A stretch of 60,294 nucleotides of DNA. Origin: a virus. Positions 49,310-59,155 of this stretch are shown one piece after another; positions within the stretch are counted from its first letter, which is position 1; every line of letters starts with the position of its first letter. Location of the stretch: the IMG/VR virus record IMGVR_UViG_3300027499_000002; one strand, given 5' to 3'. A program made the translations under genes and the position numbers. The notes below the pieces were generated by a model, which was given only the letters and a program-made list of their open reading frames with translations, searched no databases and was not told the DNA's origin.

Positions 49310-49954
49310 ATGAGCAAATTCCTACGCGAATCCCAAAGCGGTATTGAGCGGGTCGACACCCAGGCCGGAATCATCTACGGCGTGAAGGTACTGGGTCCAC
49401 GGTCTCGGAACGGTCGCGTCTATGAGGACTCAGCGATCCGCAAAGCACTCCCGCTCTACGAGGGCGTGACGGTCAACATTAACCATGTTCGACCTGACCC
49501 GAAGACCGGGGCGCATGTCGAGAGGCCAATGCAAGACCGCTGGGGTGTGCTTCGCAACGTGCGGTACGTCGAGGGTAGTATCTACGCCGACCTGCACTAC
49601 ATCAAAAGCCATCCAATGACAAAGCAGCTCGTTGAGGCTGCGCAGCGATTCCCGGAAATCTTTGGGCTGTCCCATGATGCCGGTGGGGATGAGCAAATCA
49701 TCGACGGCGAACGTCGCGTGGTTGAAATGTACGAGGTCAAGTCGGTCGATGTGGTTGCCGATCCAGCCACGAATGAAGGACTGTTTGAGAGCTACCAACC
49801 GGCTAGCAATCCCATGAAATCACGGATGAAAAGACGAGCCAAGAGAATGGCCGAGATGGAAGTCAAGAGCGATATCCTGGACCCTGTTGCGATGCGAATG
49901 CAACAAAAGGCGAAGCGCATGAAAGCCATGTCTGAGCTACGCAATCAAAAATAG
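49310..49954 (+). CDS. prohead protease or scaffold-associated protein candidate
   Basis: Contains GVKVLGPRSRNGRVYEDSAIRKALPLYEGVTVNINH. It sits between MuF and the scaffold. The assignment is tentative. Confidence 0.35.
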   Translation: MSKFLRESQSGIERVDTQAGIIYGVKVLGPRSRNGRVYEDSAIRKALPLYEGVTVNINHVRPDPKTGAHVERPMQDRWGVLRNVRYVEGSIYADLHYIKSHPMTKQLVEAAQRFPEIFGLSHDAGGDEQIIDGERRVVEMYEVKSVDVVADPATNEGLFESYQPASNPMKSRMKRRAKRMAEMEVKSDILDPVAMRMQQKAKRMKAMSELRNQK

Positions 49955-50049
49955 TCGCGTTAAGTTTTCTGGTGAGCATTTCCCCGGTAGGGTATAGCAA
50001 ATCACAGGTCGGGCAAGTCCAAGAGCCAAACACTTCGGAGCGAATCCAA

Positions 50050-50709
50050 ATGAAAAAAACCTTCCGTCAAATCGTTGAATCCTGCAAGCCTGCCAAACGT
50101 CCTCAAATGGAAGTTGTCGAGTGCCTGCAAGAAGCGATGGACCAGTATCCAATGCTCGGCGAAATGGAAATGAAGCCCGAAGACAAAATGGGCGAGGGCA
50201 TGAAGAAGCCGATGGAAGAAGGCTACGGCGAGGACATGGATCCGGTCGACGGAATCAAGAGCGCGTTCAAGGCCGCGATGATGAAAGTGCTCGACGACGA
50301 TTCGTTGGACACCGCAGGGAAGCTTGCCAAACTGAAATTGATGCTCGCAGTGAGCGACAAGGCATCTGAGGCGATGGGCAGCGGTGCAATGGGCTCAGGC
50401 TCGACCGATGACGCAATGGACTCAGCGATGGAAGAATCCTACAAGGGCAAGATCGCAAGCCTGCAAGAGCAGTTGCAGCGTGCGACCTGCCGATCGTTGC
50501 TGACCGAATCCCAAATCGAGGTCTCCGAGGTCAAGCTTAAGGCACTGCTTCCACTCAAGGAATCCGAGCGAATCGAGTTGGTCAAGAGCTGGAAATCTGG
50601 AAACGTTTCCAAGCCTCGACCCGCTCGAACCGGCTCAGTGATGCAGGAAAGCTCGGTTGCGACCGAGTACCCAAAGACCTCCGAGGACTTCCGACGAGCC
50701 CTTAACTAG
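50050..50709 (+). CDS. scaffolding protein candidate
   Basis: An acidic, Met/Glu/Lys-rich helical protein upstream of the capsid genes. Confidence 0.45.
   Translation: MKKTFRQIVESCKPAKRPQMEVVECLQEAMDQYPMLGEMEMKPEDKMGEGMKKPMEEGYGEDMDPVDGIKSAFKAAMMKVLDDDSLDTAGKLAKLKLMLAVSDKASEAMGSGAMGSGSTDDAMDSAMEESYKGKIASLQEQLQRATCRSLLTESQIEVSEVKLKALLPLKESERIELVKSWKSGNVSKPRPARTGSVMQESSVATEYPKTSEDFRRALN
50597..50612. repeat. palindrome copy cTGGAAACGTTTCCAA (15/16)
   Basis: Lies inside the scaffold candidate, where it is read as G-N-V-S. Confidence 0.9.
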
Positions 50710-50760
50710 ATTTTCGAATCGTTGTTTTTTTCGATCAACAAGCCAAAAAGGTAAGACATT

Positions 50761-51480
50761 ATGAGTAAGGGTTTACTTGAGCCAGATGCAGCTCTGAAAG
50801 CACCGCGAACGTTCGGCGTGGTCGATCACTTTGCAGGACTTAACTCTTCGATTTGGACTTCGACCCTGACCGACTCGGGAACGGCTGCGGTCGGCGATGA
50901 AGTCGGTGGCGTGGTCACGCTGTCCCCCTCGGACGGAACCGTAGCTGACAACGACGAAGCATACGTTGCGACCAAAGAAATCTTCAAGATCCTGGTCGGG
51001 AAGCCAATCGCACTTGCGGCTCGGACTCAGTTTGCACAAGCAGCAACAAACGCAGCAAACGTGTTCGTCGGTTGTATGAACGCGATGACTGCAAACGCTC
51101 TGAGGGACGACGGCGCGGGGCCGAAGGCAGACTTCTCGGGGGCTGGGTTCTTCGCGAAGGACGGAAGCACGAGCCTGTTCGTGATCTACTCGGACGGGAC
51201 CACTCAGACGATCGCAGAACTCACGGCCACCAACACGCTGAACAAGCTTGCGTACTTGGCTGCGAGTGCTGACTTCCAACTGTTGGAAATTGATATCGTT
51301 CCGAAAACTTCGACGCTTGTTGACGTTGCGTTCCGTGTCAACGGAGTGACGGTCTACAAGATGCTCGATCGAACCTATGCCAACGCGACTGAAATCTCGG
51401 CTGGCCTCGGTGTAAAGAACGGGACGGCAGCTCAACAGACTTTGAAGGCTGACTTTTTCGCCTGCCATCAATCGGTTTAA
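50761..51480 (+). CDS. structural protein (capsid-associated, beta-rich)
   Basis: 239 aa, between the scaffold and the major capsid gene. No motif recognised. Confidence 0.4.
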   Translation: MSKGLLEPDAALKAPRTFGVVDHFAGLNSSIWTSTLTDSGTAAVGDEVGGVVTLSPSDGTVADNDEAYVATKEIFKILVGKPIALAARTQFAQAATNAANVFVGCMNAMTANALRDDGAGPKADFSGAGFFAKDGSTSLFVIYSDGTTQTIAELTATNTLNKLAYLAASADFQLLEIDIVPKTSTLVDVAFRVNGVTVYKMLDRTYANATEISAGLGVKNGTAAQQTLKADFFACHQSV

Positions 51481-51549
51481 CCATTCGAAACAAGTTGCTC
51501 CTATCGTGGGGGCGGCGGTAAGTTTTCTCTAAGAGAATTGAAAAGAAAC

Positions 51550-52704
51550 ATGCGAAACGCGAAAACAAACCGTCACCAGAATCTGCGACGGCTTTACGAG
51601 GCTTCGATCCGAGACAACAACGTCGAACGCTTCATGGAAGACTTTCGGCTGGCGCTTGAACAAGATCGAGCAAGCCTTGGGGATCGATATTCGGTCCGCG
51701 AGCTTTTCGAGCAATTTGTTCCGGATGGCCGCGAGGCTGTAGCGATGCTTGCGCCAACGACTTCGGGCGGATTCCAAATCCTGGAGTCTGCGGAACTGGT
51801 CGACACTTCCCAATTTGCGAACATCCTCGGACAGATCACCTACACGGCGACCCTGAACGGGTACAACGCACCGGAGTATATCGGAGACCAACTGGTCGAA
51901 ACGATTCCGACTGTGTTCTCAGGTGAGCGGATTCCTGGTGTGGGACGGCTCGGCGATGACGTTGATATCGTTTCTGAGGGTGCGGAATACCCGAACGCAG
52001 TTTTCGGTGAAGAGTTCGTCGACACGCCCGAGACGATCAAGCGTGGTCTGATCCTCAATGTGACCCGAGAAGCGATCTTCTTCGATCGTACCGGGGTGCT
52101 GATGAGCGAATGTGGTAAGACCGGCGAGCGAGTTCGCGTGAGCAAAGAAAAGCGGATCTTCGATGTGGTCTGCGGGATCGTTACAATCTATCGCCGAAAC
52201 GGTGCGGCTGCGGTTGCAACTTATCAAAGCGAAAACACCGTCTCGAATACGCTTGCTGACTTTACCTCGATCGATACGGTCGAGCAGAAGTTCAACACGA
52301 TGAGCGACCCGATCACTGGCGAACCGATTTCAATCGAGCTCGATACGATCTTGGTCCCCAAGGCCCTGAGCAACCTTGCAGGCCGAATCATGACAGCAAG
52401 CCAAACTCGAAGCGGAACGAACAGCGGGAACACTCAAACGTATGTTCCTGGGAACTCGGTCAACGTGAATGCAAGGGTTTTGACAAGCCCCTATGTTCGC
52501 CAGAAGACGACCAACGATACGACTTGGTTTGCCGGTCGACCTCGTGAAGCTTTCGTCTACATGCAAAACTGGCCGTTGACAGTGACCCAAGCCGGAGAGA
52601 ATTCCGAAGTCGGATTCACCCGGGACATTGTCGTTCGGTACAAGACCTCGGAGCGGGGCGCGGCAGGCGTTCGCGATCGACTCAAGATGTGCCGTTGCAC
52701 TTAA
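51550..52704 (+). CDS. major capsid protein (HK97-fold candidate)
   Basis: About 384 aa, in the expected position. It is followed by the strongest terminator in the genome. I use ATG 51550, although the track starts at TTG 51538. Confidence 0.65.
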   Translation: MRNAKTNRHQNLRRLYEASIRDNNVERFMEDFRLALEQDRASLGDRYSVRELFEQFVPDGREAVAMLAPTTSGGFQILESAELVDTSQFANILGQITYTATLNGYNAPEYIGDQLVETIPTVFSGERIPGVGRLGDDVDIVSEGAEYPNAVFGEEFVDTPETIKRGLILNVTREAIFFDRTGVLMSECGKTGERVRVSKEKRIFDVVCGIVTIYRRNGAAAVATYQSENTVSNTLADFTSIDTVEQKFNTMSDPITGEPISIELDTILVPKALSNLAGRIMTASQTRSGTNSGNTQTYVPGNSVNVNARVLTSPYVRQKTTNDTTWFAGRPREAFVYMQNWPLTVTQAGENSEVGFTRDIVVRYKTSERGAAGVRDRLKMCRCT

Positions 52705-52740
52705 GCCACTCGTAGTGGGCAGTTGGAAGGGACGGATCGG

Positions 52741-52772
52741 AAGCCGCCTGGGTAACACTGGGCGGCTTTTTT
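52741..52772 (+). terminator. intrinsic terminator after the major capsid gene
   Basis: AAGCCGCC-12 nt-GGCGGCTT is followed by TTTT. Confidence 0.7.
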
Positions 52773-52850
52773 CATGCCTATAGCGTCGGGAAAAAACCCG
52801 GCTAGAATTAGTGACGTACCGTTTTTTTAACTACTCAGGAGTACGAGCGT

Positions 52851-53351
52851 ATGTCGGAGAAGAAACCCCAAAATCAAGAACCCTCCCTCGAAGATCGATT
52901 GGCAAAGCTTGAGCAGGCAGAAGCCGCGATGAAAGCCAGGGAAGAGGCCGTGCAGGCCCGGGAGGAATCCCTATTGGCTCAGAAGGACTCAGGTGCTATC
53001 CGACCGATCCGGCCTTCTGAGGCTGTGACGGTCGGCGAAGGGTATCTGTTCGAGGTCAGTGGGGCAGCGGCAAACAGCACGCTTGAAACAAAGCAAATTA
53101 GATGCTGTGACGAGTCCGAAGCGGTTCGCTGGTACGTCTTGACCACTTCGGATCCTGAAAAGCCAGGGAAGCAACTCGATGTGAACAAATACCCTTTGAA
53201 GGTCAAATGCTTGGACCCTCGCAAGGCTGAGCATCGTGTTGCTGCGATGAGGCTTGCATCTATCCGAGCGAAGGCTGCAAGAGGGGGCTTGCTGACTGAC
53301 GAAGAGCAAGGCTTGCTGGAGGCTGACGAACGCAAGCGGCTCAACTACTAA
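52851..53351 (+). CDS. hypothetical head-module protein
   Basis: 166 aa with an N-terminal coiled coil. Confidence 0.45.
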   Translation: MSEKKPQNQEPSLEDRLAKLEQAEAAMKAREEAVQAREESLLAQKDSGAIRPIRPSEAVTVGEGYLFEVSGAAANSTLETKQIRCCDESEAVRWYVLTTSDPEKPGKQLDVNKYPLKVKCLDPRKAEHRVAAMRLASIRAKAARGGLLTDEEQGLLEADERKRLNY

Positions 53352-53392
53352 AGTGAGCAGTTGGTGCTTAGGATGAGGGCAACGAGGGCAGC

Positions 53393-53653
53393 ATGAGCGT
53401 ACTTACGGATCTGAAAGCACGACGAGCGACGGTTGCAGCAACGCTTGCCTCTATGTCGATCACTTCGATCGGTGGCAAGCCGAATGCAATGACGGCTGAC
53501 GGTGGCACTTCGGTCGATCACGTTGGGTTCCGAAAGTCGCTTCTCGAAGAGTTAAAAATGCTCGACGAAGCGATCCTGCGCGAGGCTGAGGTCCAGGCTG
53601 CGATAGACGACGAAGACGGCTCTTGGGAAATCGAATCACAGGTGTATTCATGA
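53393..53653 (+). CDS. gpW-like head-tail joining protein candidate
   Basis: 86 aa. The pattern LTDLKARRATVAATL...DGGTSVDHVGFRKSLLEELKMLDEAI resembles lambda gpW. Confidence 0.35.
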   Translation: MSVLTDLKARRATVAATLASMSITSIGGKPNAMTADGGTSVDHVGFRKSLLEELKMLDEAILREAEVQAAIDDEDGSWEIESQVYS

Positions 53654-54009
53654 CCATCAAATGCAGTATCGTTTCGGTTACGATTCCTAGCACCGAAACC
53701 GAAAGCAACTCTGTTGATATTCCCGAGGGCCAAAGCCTGTGTGCAATCTCGACGAACGAGGACGGATTCGACGGAGCAAACGTTGGGTATCAAGTCCAGT
53801 TTGACGGAACAAACTGGCTGCGGGTTCATGCCGTGGATTCGACGACCCATCACACAACGCTACTCGGAGCGACCAAGGGCTATGTCCCTGTCAACTCTAA
53901 CCTGTTCCTAGCTTCGGCTGCTGGGTACAAAGCAAAGATCCGCCTAAAGGCTGCAACGGCACAAACCGGTGCAATCACGTTCCAACTTCACTTCCGAGAG
54001 ATTCAATGA
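53650..54009 (+). CDS. hypothetical structural protein
   Basis: 119 aa with an ATGA overlap. Confidence 0.4.
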   Translation: MTIKCSIVSVTIPSTETESNSVDIPEGQSLCAISTNEDGFDGANVGYQVQFDGTNWLRVHAVDSTTHHTTLLGATKGYVPVNSNLFLASAAGYKAKIRLKAATAQTGAITFQLHFREIQ

Positions 54010-54473
54010 TGCAACCGAAGATTTTTGGCTTTCCTGAGTTCGCAATGGGTATCGCTCTTGGGCTGATTCTCGGTGTTTTCATTGGGATTGTGCAACCAAA
54101 GCTTGGAAACGTTTCCAAGAATCAGGACGCTGATCCGACCGACAAGATCGTCGCAGAGCTTACCGAAGCCTATCAGCAAATGCTCGCCGAGCGTAAGGCC
54201 AACGCTGAAAAGCAGTCCGAGCCTCAAGCGAGCTTGGAACCGACGATCAAAAAAGAGATCATCGTTTTTACACTTCCGAATTGTCCACCGTGCAAGACTT
54301 GGCTGGAAAATTCAAAACCATTTTGGGATGCCGGATGGACGGTCGCAGAGTGCGACAATACGCAGCATTCCTACACCAAGGCTCCAACGTTTCAAATCTG
54401 TGTCGGAGACCGGTGCTATACGTGCGTAGGCTCGCTGTCTCTGGAGTATGCTGAGCAACTGGCAAGGAGATAG
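54006..54473 (+). CDS. membrane-anchored thioredoxin-fold protein (CPPC)
   Basis: It has an N-terminal TM helix (FAMGIALGLILGVFIGIV) followed by IIVFTLPNCPPCKTW. Confidence 0.55.
   Translation: MMQPKIFGFPEFAMGIALGLILGVFIGIVQPKLGNVSKNQDADPTDKIVAELTEAYQQMLAERKANAEKQSEPQASLEPTIKKEIIVFTLPNCPPCKTWLENSKPFWDAGWTVAECDNTQHSYTKAPTFQICVGDRCYTCVGSLSLEYAEQLARR
54103..54118. repeat. palindrome copy TTGGAAACGTTTCCAA (16/16; 18-bp palindrome 54102-54119)
   Basis: Lies in the linker after the TM helix of the thioredoxin-fold protein, where it is read as G-N-V-S. Confidence 0.95.
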
Positions 54474-54478
54474 ACTTG

Positions 54479-55024
54479 ATGATCGGATGGCTTGTTTTCA
54501 TCGTTGTTTCTTGGCTGTCTGCTGACTTCATTGCAGGACTTTTCCACTGGTGGGAAGATACATACCTGACGCAAAGCGACTCGTTTATCGGGCGTCTGAT
54601 TGGTGGTCCAAATCAGCTCCACCATGCGGACCAGTACGCTTTCCTCAAGGGCTCATACTGGGAGCGAAACTACACGACGATCGTTCCAAGCCTGACGGCC
54701 ATGCTGATCTGTTTGACTTTCGAACCACTGCGCGACGGATGGCTTACGATGCTGTTTTTATCTCAAGCAAATCAGATTCACGCACTCGCGCACAGCAAAG
54801 GGAAGAACGGCTGGCTGGTTGTTTGGATGCAGCGTCTGTACATCTTTCAAAGCCCGAAGCATAATGCTGTTCACCATCGGAACCCGTTTCATGTTCGGTA
54901 TTGCGTGATGACGCCGATCCTGAATCCGGTGCTCGATGCTGTTTCTTTTTGGCGAGTCCTGGAGTTTTTTGTGCTTGCAGTTTTTTGGATTTTACCGAGA
55001 GTAAATCATGGAACCGTTGATTGA
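54479..55024 (+). CDS. CarF/TMEM189(PEDS1)/FAD4-family membrane lipid desaturase
   Basis: His-box segments align by eye with human TMEM189: ADFIAGLFHWWEDTY vs ADFGSGLVHWGADTW, NQLHHAD vs FREHHID, ANQIHALAHS vs TNQIHKWSHT, SPKHNAVHHRNPF vs PRKHHRIHHVSPH, and FWRVLE vs FWRRLE. Confidence 0.75.
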   Translation: MIGWLVFIVVSWLSADFIAGLFHWWEDTYLTQSDSFIGRLIGGPNQLHHADQYAFLKGSYWERNYTTIVPSLTAMLICLTFEPLRDGWLTMLFLSQANQIHALAHSKGKNGWLVVWMQRLYIFQSPKHNAVHHRNPFHVRYCVMTPILNPVLDAVSFWRVLEFFVLAVFWILPRVNHGTVD

Positions 55025-55448
55025 AAAACTTAGGGAAGCCGAGCACGTAAACTTGAGCGATCAAGCGGCTGCTGATGCGATCAACGCTATGACAGTGCAA
55101 GTCAAGCAATTGGCTTCTGCATTAAAAATAAAGGAATGGTCATTCGACGAGCAACTTTATTCCGCAATTATTGAAGGTTGTTCGTCTTCGGACACCCAAA
55201 TTAGGAAGCTCTGTATAAACATTCGGGGATGGATTGACGACCCAAGAGTGCAGAACGTTGACCTAGACAAGCCGTCAGCAATTGCAACGATGAATGGACT
55301 TATTGAAACCGGCATGGCTTCAAGCGATCAAGTAGATCGACTCAAAACTCTTAGATGGAAAACAATCAAGTGGACTGAATCGGTAGGCTTGCCAGCCTTA
55401 ACGCCCGGAGCCGTTAGAGTAGCTAGAGAATACATGGGGGTCAAATAA
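55008..55448 (+). CDS. hypothetical protein
   Basis: 146 aa. Confidence 0.45.
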   Translation: MEPLIEKLREAEHVNLSDQAAADAINAMTVQVKQLASALKIKEWSFDEQLYSAIIEGCSSSDTQIRKLCINIRGWIDDPRVQNVDLDKPSAIATMNGLIETGMASSDQVDRLKTLRWKTIKWTESVGLPALTPGAVRVAREYMGVK

Positions 55449-56053
55449 TGCCAACAGTAACGAAGACGACTCCGACATTTACGCAGATTTACGCTCCGGC
55501 AATTCTTGCAGACTCATCGCTTGGAACATTGCAGACTCTTGATTTAACAGCCAAAATCGGAGCGACATTGCTTGTTTGGATCGGTCGCAGGGCATCGACC
55601 GCACCAACCAGGGCGGGCTATGTCGCGATCCGAAACAGCGACAATAACGCGGCGGTTTTTCCGTCGCAGGTCTTTGACGTTGTTGGCCAGGGTCCGACGA
55701 CAGCGGCAGCAGCAACAACGCTTTCGGCTAATGCTTCGAGCGGTGCCAGCACCATTTCGATCACTAGCGCGACTGGTTTCGCCGTGGGTGATACGATTTG
55801 CCTCTCCGAGTCTGGAGGGACCAGGTTGCAGTTTGCGAGAATTGCAGGCTTGAGCGGTACGACACTTACGCTTGAGCGAAATTTAAGAGCGGCAAGCAAT
55901 AGCGGAGACACGGTTTCCAATCTTGCCGACGCTAGGCGGATCTACATTCCTGGCGGTGACATCTACGAAATCCGAACCGTAAACTATAGCGGCCTGGCAT
56001 TGGTCTTTGCGGTTGAGGCGATTGTTGACAACGGAGATACCATCACACCATAA
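55448..56053 (+). CDS. structural protein (Ala/Thr/Ser-rich)
   Basis: 201 aa with a TAATG overlap. Confidence 0.4.
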   Translation: MPTVTKTTPTFTQIYAPAILADSSLGTLQTLDLTAKIGATLLVWIGRRASTAPTRAGYVAIRNSDNNAAVFPSQVFDVVGQGPTTAAAATTLSANASSGASTISITSATGFAVGDTICLSESGGTRLQFARIAGLSGTTLTLERNLRAASNSGDTVSNLADARRIYIPGGDIYEIRTVNYSGLALVFAVEAIVDNGDTITP

Positions 56054-56817
56054 TGCTGGCGTACTACGGGCCGGAATGGGAAAGTCTTGCAAGCCGAATG
56101 GTTGACCGATGGTGTCCGTCGTTTTCTGGCAACACCGGGTTGCAGTTGCCCAGCACGATGGGAAGGAACCATGGGACGTTGACGAACATGGACCGGAATA
56201 CGTCGTGGCAAACCAACCCAGACAGGTTGTCCCTCTCGTTTGCCGGAGGATCTATCACGCATGTTGCATTCGCGGCAATTTCCTTGGGCACAATTCATTC
56301 TTGCTGCGCGTGGGTAAATCCGGTGTCTCAATTAGTTCCGTTTAATTTCGGAGGCTTCCTTGGCGACGGATCGGGAAATACTGCTCCTCTGTTTGTTGGC
56401 GGTTTAACCGCTACAAATTTCGGGTACACCGCAGGGGCCGGTGAAGTAAGCTTTGTGGGATCATCTATGATCGGATCATGGAATCACATCGCATCTGTTC
56501 GCATCGGGACGGCGGTTTCGCTTTTTCGAAACGGCATACAAGTTGCGAGCGGTACGCTGCCGGTCAATGACGCAGCAAGCCCGAGCCGAATCGGGCACAG
56601 AAACGGCACCTTTTTTTATTCTGGTCTAGCCGACGACGTTATTCTTTTCAACACCGCCCTAACCGCATCCGAATCCCGTTTCATCTACGAGCAAGGCCGG
56701 GGCGGTGGACTGCTCATGCAACCACCGAGACGACGATCCTACTTTGCTCAAGTAACAACCTTGAAAAACTATTGGTTCAGAAACCAGCAACGAATGATTG
56801 GTGGGGGAATTAGATAA
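56053..56817 (+). CDS. LamG/concanavalin-like domain structural protein
   Basis: The C-terminal hallmark is GLADDVILFNTALTASESRFIYEQG. Confidence 0.5.
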   Translation: MLAYYGPEWESLASRMVDRWCPSFSGNTGLQLPSTMGRNHGTLTNMDRNTSWQTNPDRLSLSFAGGSITHVAFAAISLGTIHSCCAWVNPVSQLVPFNFGGFLGDGSGNTAPLFVGGLTATNFGYTAGAGEVSFVGSSMIGSWNHIASVRIGTAVSLFRNGIQVASGTLPVNDAASPSRIGHRNGTFFYSGLADDVILFNTALTASESRFIYEQGRGGGLLMQPPRRRSYFAQVTTLKNYWFRNQQRMIGGGIR

Positions 56818-58100
56818 TGTATGCACGCAACAATGCGAATCCTTTGCCTATGCTGGTCGGAACCATCACCCAGATAAGTGATGGTGTGGTTCAGACTGCC
56901 GGTGTGTCCGTCAACATATCCAAAGACAATGGAGCTTACGTTGCTGGAGCCAACACACCCACAGTCGAGCAAGGAGAGTGGAGCTACACCCCAAGTCAAG
57001 CCGAAACCGATTGTAGTTCACTCAGGATTGTCATTTACAAAACCGGATGCTACTCTCGATCCATTCAAGTTGTTTTTACTGCCTCTGAATTATTCGGTTA
57101 CGCAGGAACCGATCAAAGCAAGATTGCAAATGCGACCTCGACGATTAATTTAAGCGGGACGACGATCAAATCGGTCACGGATGAAGTCACAGCAAACGCC
57201 GCAAAGATTGGAGGTCAGACGGCCAGTGCTGCTGCTCCTGTCAGCTTTCCGGCGAGTGTGGCAAATGAAACCACGGTAAGTAATCGTCCAACCCTGGCGC
57301 AGATTGAAGGCTCGACTGTCCTCGCCAAAGACGCGACCGTTGCTAAAGAGTCCACGGCTAACTCAATCTTGACGGCAATTCAAAACCTGAATAACCTGTC
57401 AGCAAAGATGAACATTTTTGGATCGCCGCTGCTGGAAATCCCGGACGCTGGATCGACGGTTTATGCTTTCACGGTGGTTGTGAAGGACGACGAGGACAAG
57501 CTAGTAGCCCTGGACGCATCACCAACGATCACGGCTGCAAATGCGGCGGGTACGAATCGATCAGGAAACCTTTCGGCGGTGTCGAACCCTTCAACAGGTC
57601 GCTACACGTTCACTTATTCGGTCCCGTCTACTCACGCTGCCGAAAGCCTTCGGATTGCTGTATCGGGTGCGGTGTCTGGTGAGGCTCGATACATCGAGTG
57701 GATCGGTGCGGTAGTCGACTATGACACGTTGACGATACTCAATGCGATCAAGGTCAAGACCGACAACTTGCCTGCAAACCCTGCGGCCGTGAGTGATATT
57801 CCAACCTCAGCGGCAAATGCCGAAGCAGTGTGGACAAGAGCAGGTCGAACTCTTTCTGAGTTTAGCTTCCAGGTCACAGTAGGAGCTTATGCGGCTGGCC
57901 AAGCTCCGTTACAGACGCTCGGGGCAAACGCTCCCGCTGGCTGGATCAATGAAGGTGCGATTGCGAACAATGCGATCACCGGGGATAAAATTGCTGCTTC
58001 GGCAGTAACGAAAGTTACAGTCGGTCTGTTCAAATACGGTGACGTTCAGCGATGGAATAGCCCTGCGAACCAAATCGACGTTACGATCACAAAGGTCTAG
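56817..58100 (+). CDS. fibre-like structural protein
   Basis: 427 aa, Ala/Thr/Ser/Val-rich and extended, with a TAATG overlap. Confidence 0.4.
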   Translation: MYARNNANPLPMLVGTITQISDGVVQTAGVSVNISKDNGAYVAGANTPTVEQGEWSYTPSQAETDCSSLRIVIYKTGCYSRSIQVVFTASELFGYAGTDQSKIANATSTINLSGTTIKSVTDEVTANAAKIGGQTASAAAPVSFPASVANETTVSNRPTLAQIEGSTVLAKDATVAKESTANSILTAIQNLNNLSAKMNIFGSPLLEIPDAGSTVYAFTVVVKDDEDKLVALDASPTITAANAAGTNRSGNLSAVSNPSTGRYTFTYSVPSTHAAESLRIAVSGAVSGEARYIEWIGAVVDYDTLTILNAIKVKTDNLPANPAAVSDIPTSAANAEAVWTRAGRTLSEFSFQVTVGAYAAGQAPLQTLGANAPAGWINEGAIANNAITGDKIAASAVTKVTVGLFKYGDVQRWNSPANQIDVTITKV

Positions 58101-58102
58101 CC

Positions 58103-58552
58103 ATGGCTGTTGTCACTACATTCTGCGACTTTTTCGGATGCTCGGGCGGTGGTCCAGCTCCGAGCCCTGGATCGGGAAGCGTACCGAACCTGCTGTCTGT
58201 AGATTACCAAGGCGACTGGCTGTACCTCGACGGTATCGAGGATCTGACGTTCGCATTCGGGCCACAACGGTACACGAACCAAACGGCATCGGGGACCGTG
58301 GCAAAGGCAAAACGATCGGCATTGACTGATCGAGAGGTTGCGGTCGCTGCTTCGACTTTCGGCTATGAACCGGATGATATGACGTTCGTAGTTTGGGCAG
58401 AGACTTTGGTTGACACGACGAATACAATTATCGAGCCGGAACCGGGGGACAAGTTCACAGCGTTTGATTTTGACTGGATCATCAAGAGCAAAAAACGCAA
58501 CGCTGATCTTTCTCAGTGGCGATGCACGGTCAGAAAGAGCACGAAGGAATGA
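58103..58552 (+). CDS. head-tail connector candidate
   Basis: 149 aa, immediately upstream of the gp10-like gene. Confidence 0.35.
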   Translation: MAVVTTFCDFFGCSGGGPAPSPGSGSVPNLLSVDYQGDWLYLDGIEDLTFAFGPQRYTNQTASGTVAKAKRSALTDREVAVAASTFGYEPDDMTFVVWAETLVDTTNTIIEPEPGDKFTAFDFDWIIKSKKRNADLSQWRCTVRKSTKE

Positions 58553-59013
58553 AAGACATATCGATCGAACTTCTGGTCGATGACGTCGAGCAGACGATCG
58601 GTCAATTGCAGTCGTTTGACTTCAAGCCGGTCTTTGAGTCGGTGCTTGATGTTTTGCACTCTGGATTCGAATCGAACTTCGATCAGACTCGAGCGCCGTA
58701 CGGAACGTGGCCTCCGCACTCCCCGAAGACGATTGCTCTTTACGGTCCGCACCCTCTATTGATTTTGACCGGGGCGATGAAAGCCGCTGTCACGCAGTCG
58801 GGATCGGCTGACCGGATAGAAGAAATCACGACAACGGAAGCAATAATTGGAACATCGCTTTTTTATGCACCGTATCAACAGTACGGGACTTCTGGACCAA
58901 ACCCGATTCCTGCAAGACCTTTTCTATGGCTTGAAGGTGATTATGTCGACCAAGTACACGAAAGATTCGCTGATGAAGTTGCAAGCAGATTACTCGGAAT
59001 CACAACTCCCTGA
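58549..59013 (+). CDS. HK97 gp10-like head-tail/tail completion protein
   Basis: Contains LILTGAMKAAVT...IGTSLFYAPYQQYGT...IPARPFLWL. I use ATG 58549 in an ATGA overlap. Confidence 0.5.
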   Translation: MKDISIELLVDDVEQTIGQLQSFDFKPVFESVLDVLHSGFESNFDQTRAPYGTWPPHSPKTIALYGPHPLLILTGAMKAAVTQSGSADRIEEITTTEAIIGTSLFYAPYQQYGTSGPNPIPARPFLWLEGDYVDQVHERFADEVASRLLGITTP

Positions 59014-59155
59014 GCTTGAACCGGATAGGATTCCTGCTCCAACTGCTGCGCCGGCAGGCAGCAAAGAGAAGGTTGAAGTCTTGCGACAACGTGTCGAAAA
59101 AAACGAGCAGCTTTGGCATCCTAACGATGATAAGACGATGGTGAAACGATGCTAG
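58943..59155 (+). CDS. hypothetical protein
   Basis: 70 aa. It overlaps the upstream gene by 71 nt, and in the overlap this frame has the more genome-typical codon endings. Confidence 0.35.
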   Translation: MSTKYTKDSLMKLQADYSESQLPELEPDRIPAPTAAPAGSKEKVEVLRQRVEKNEQLWHPNDDKTMVKRC

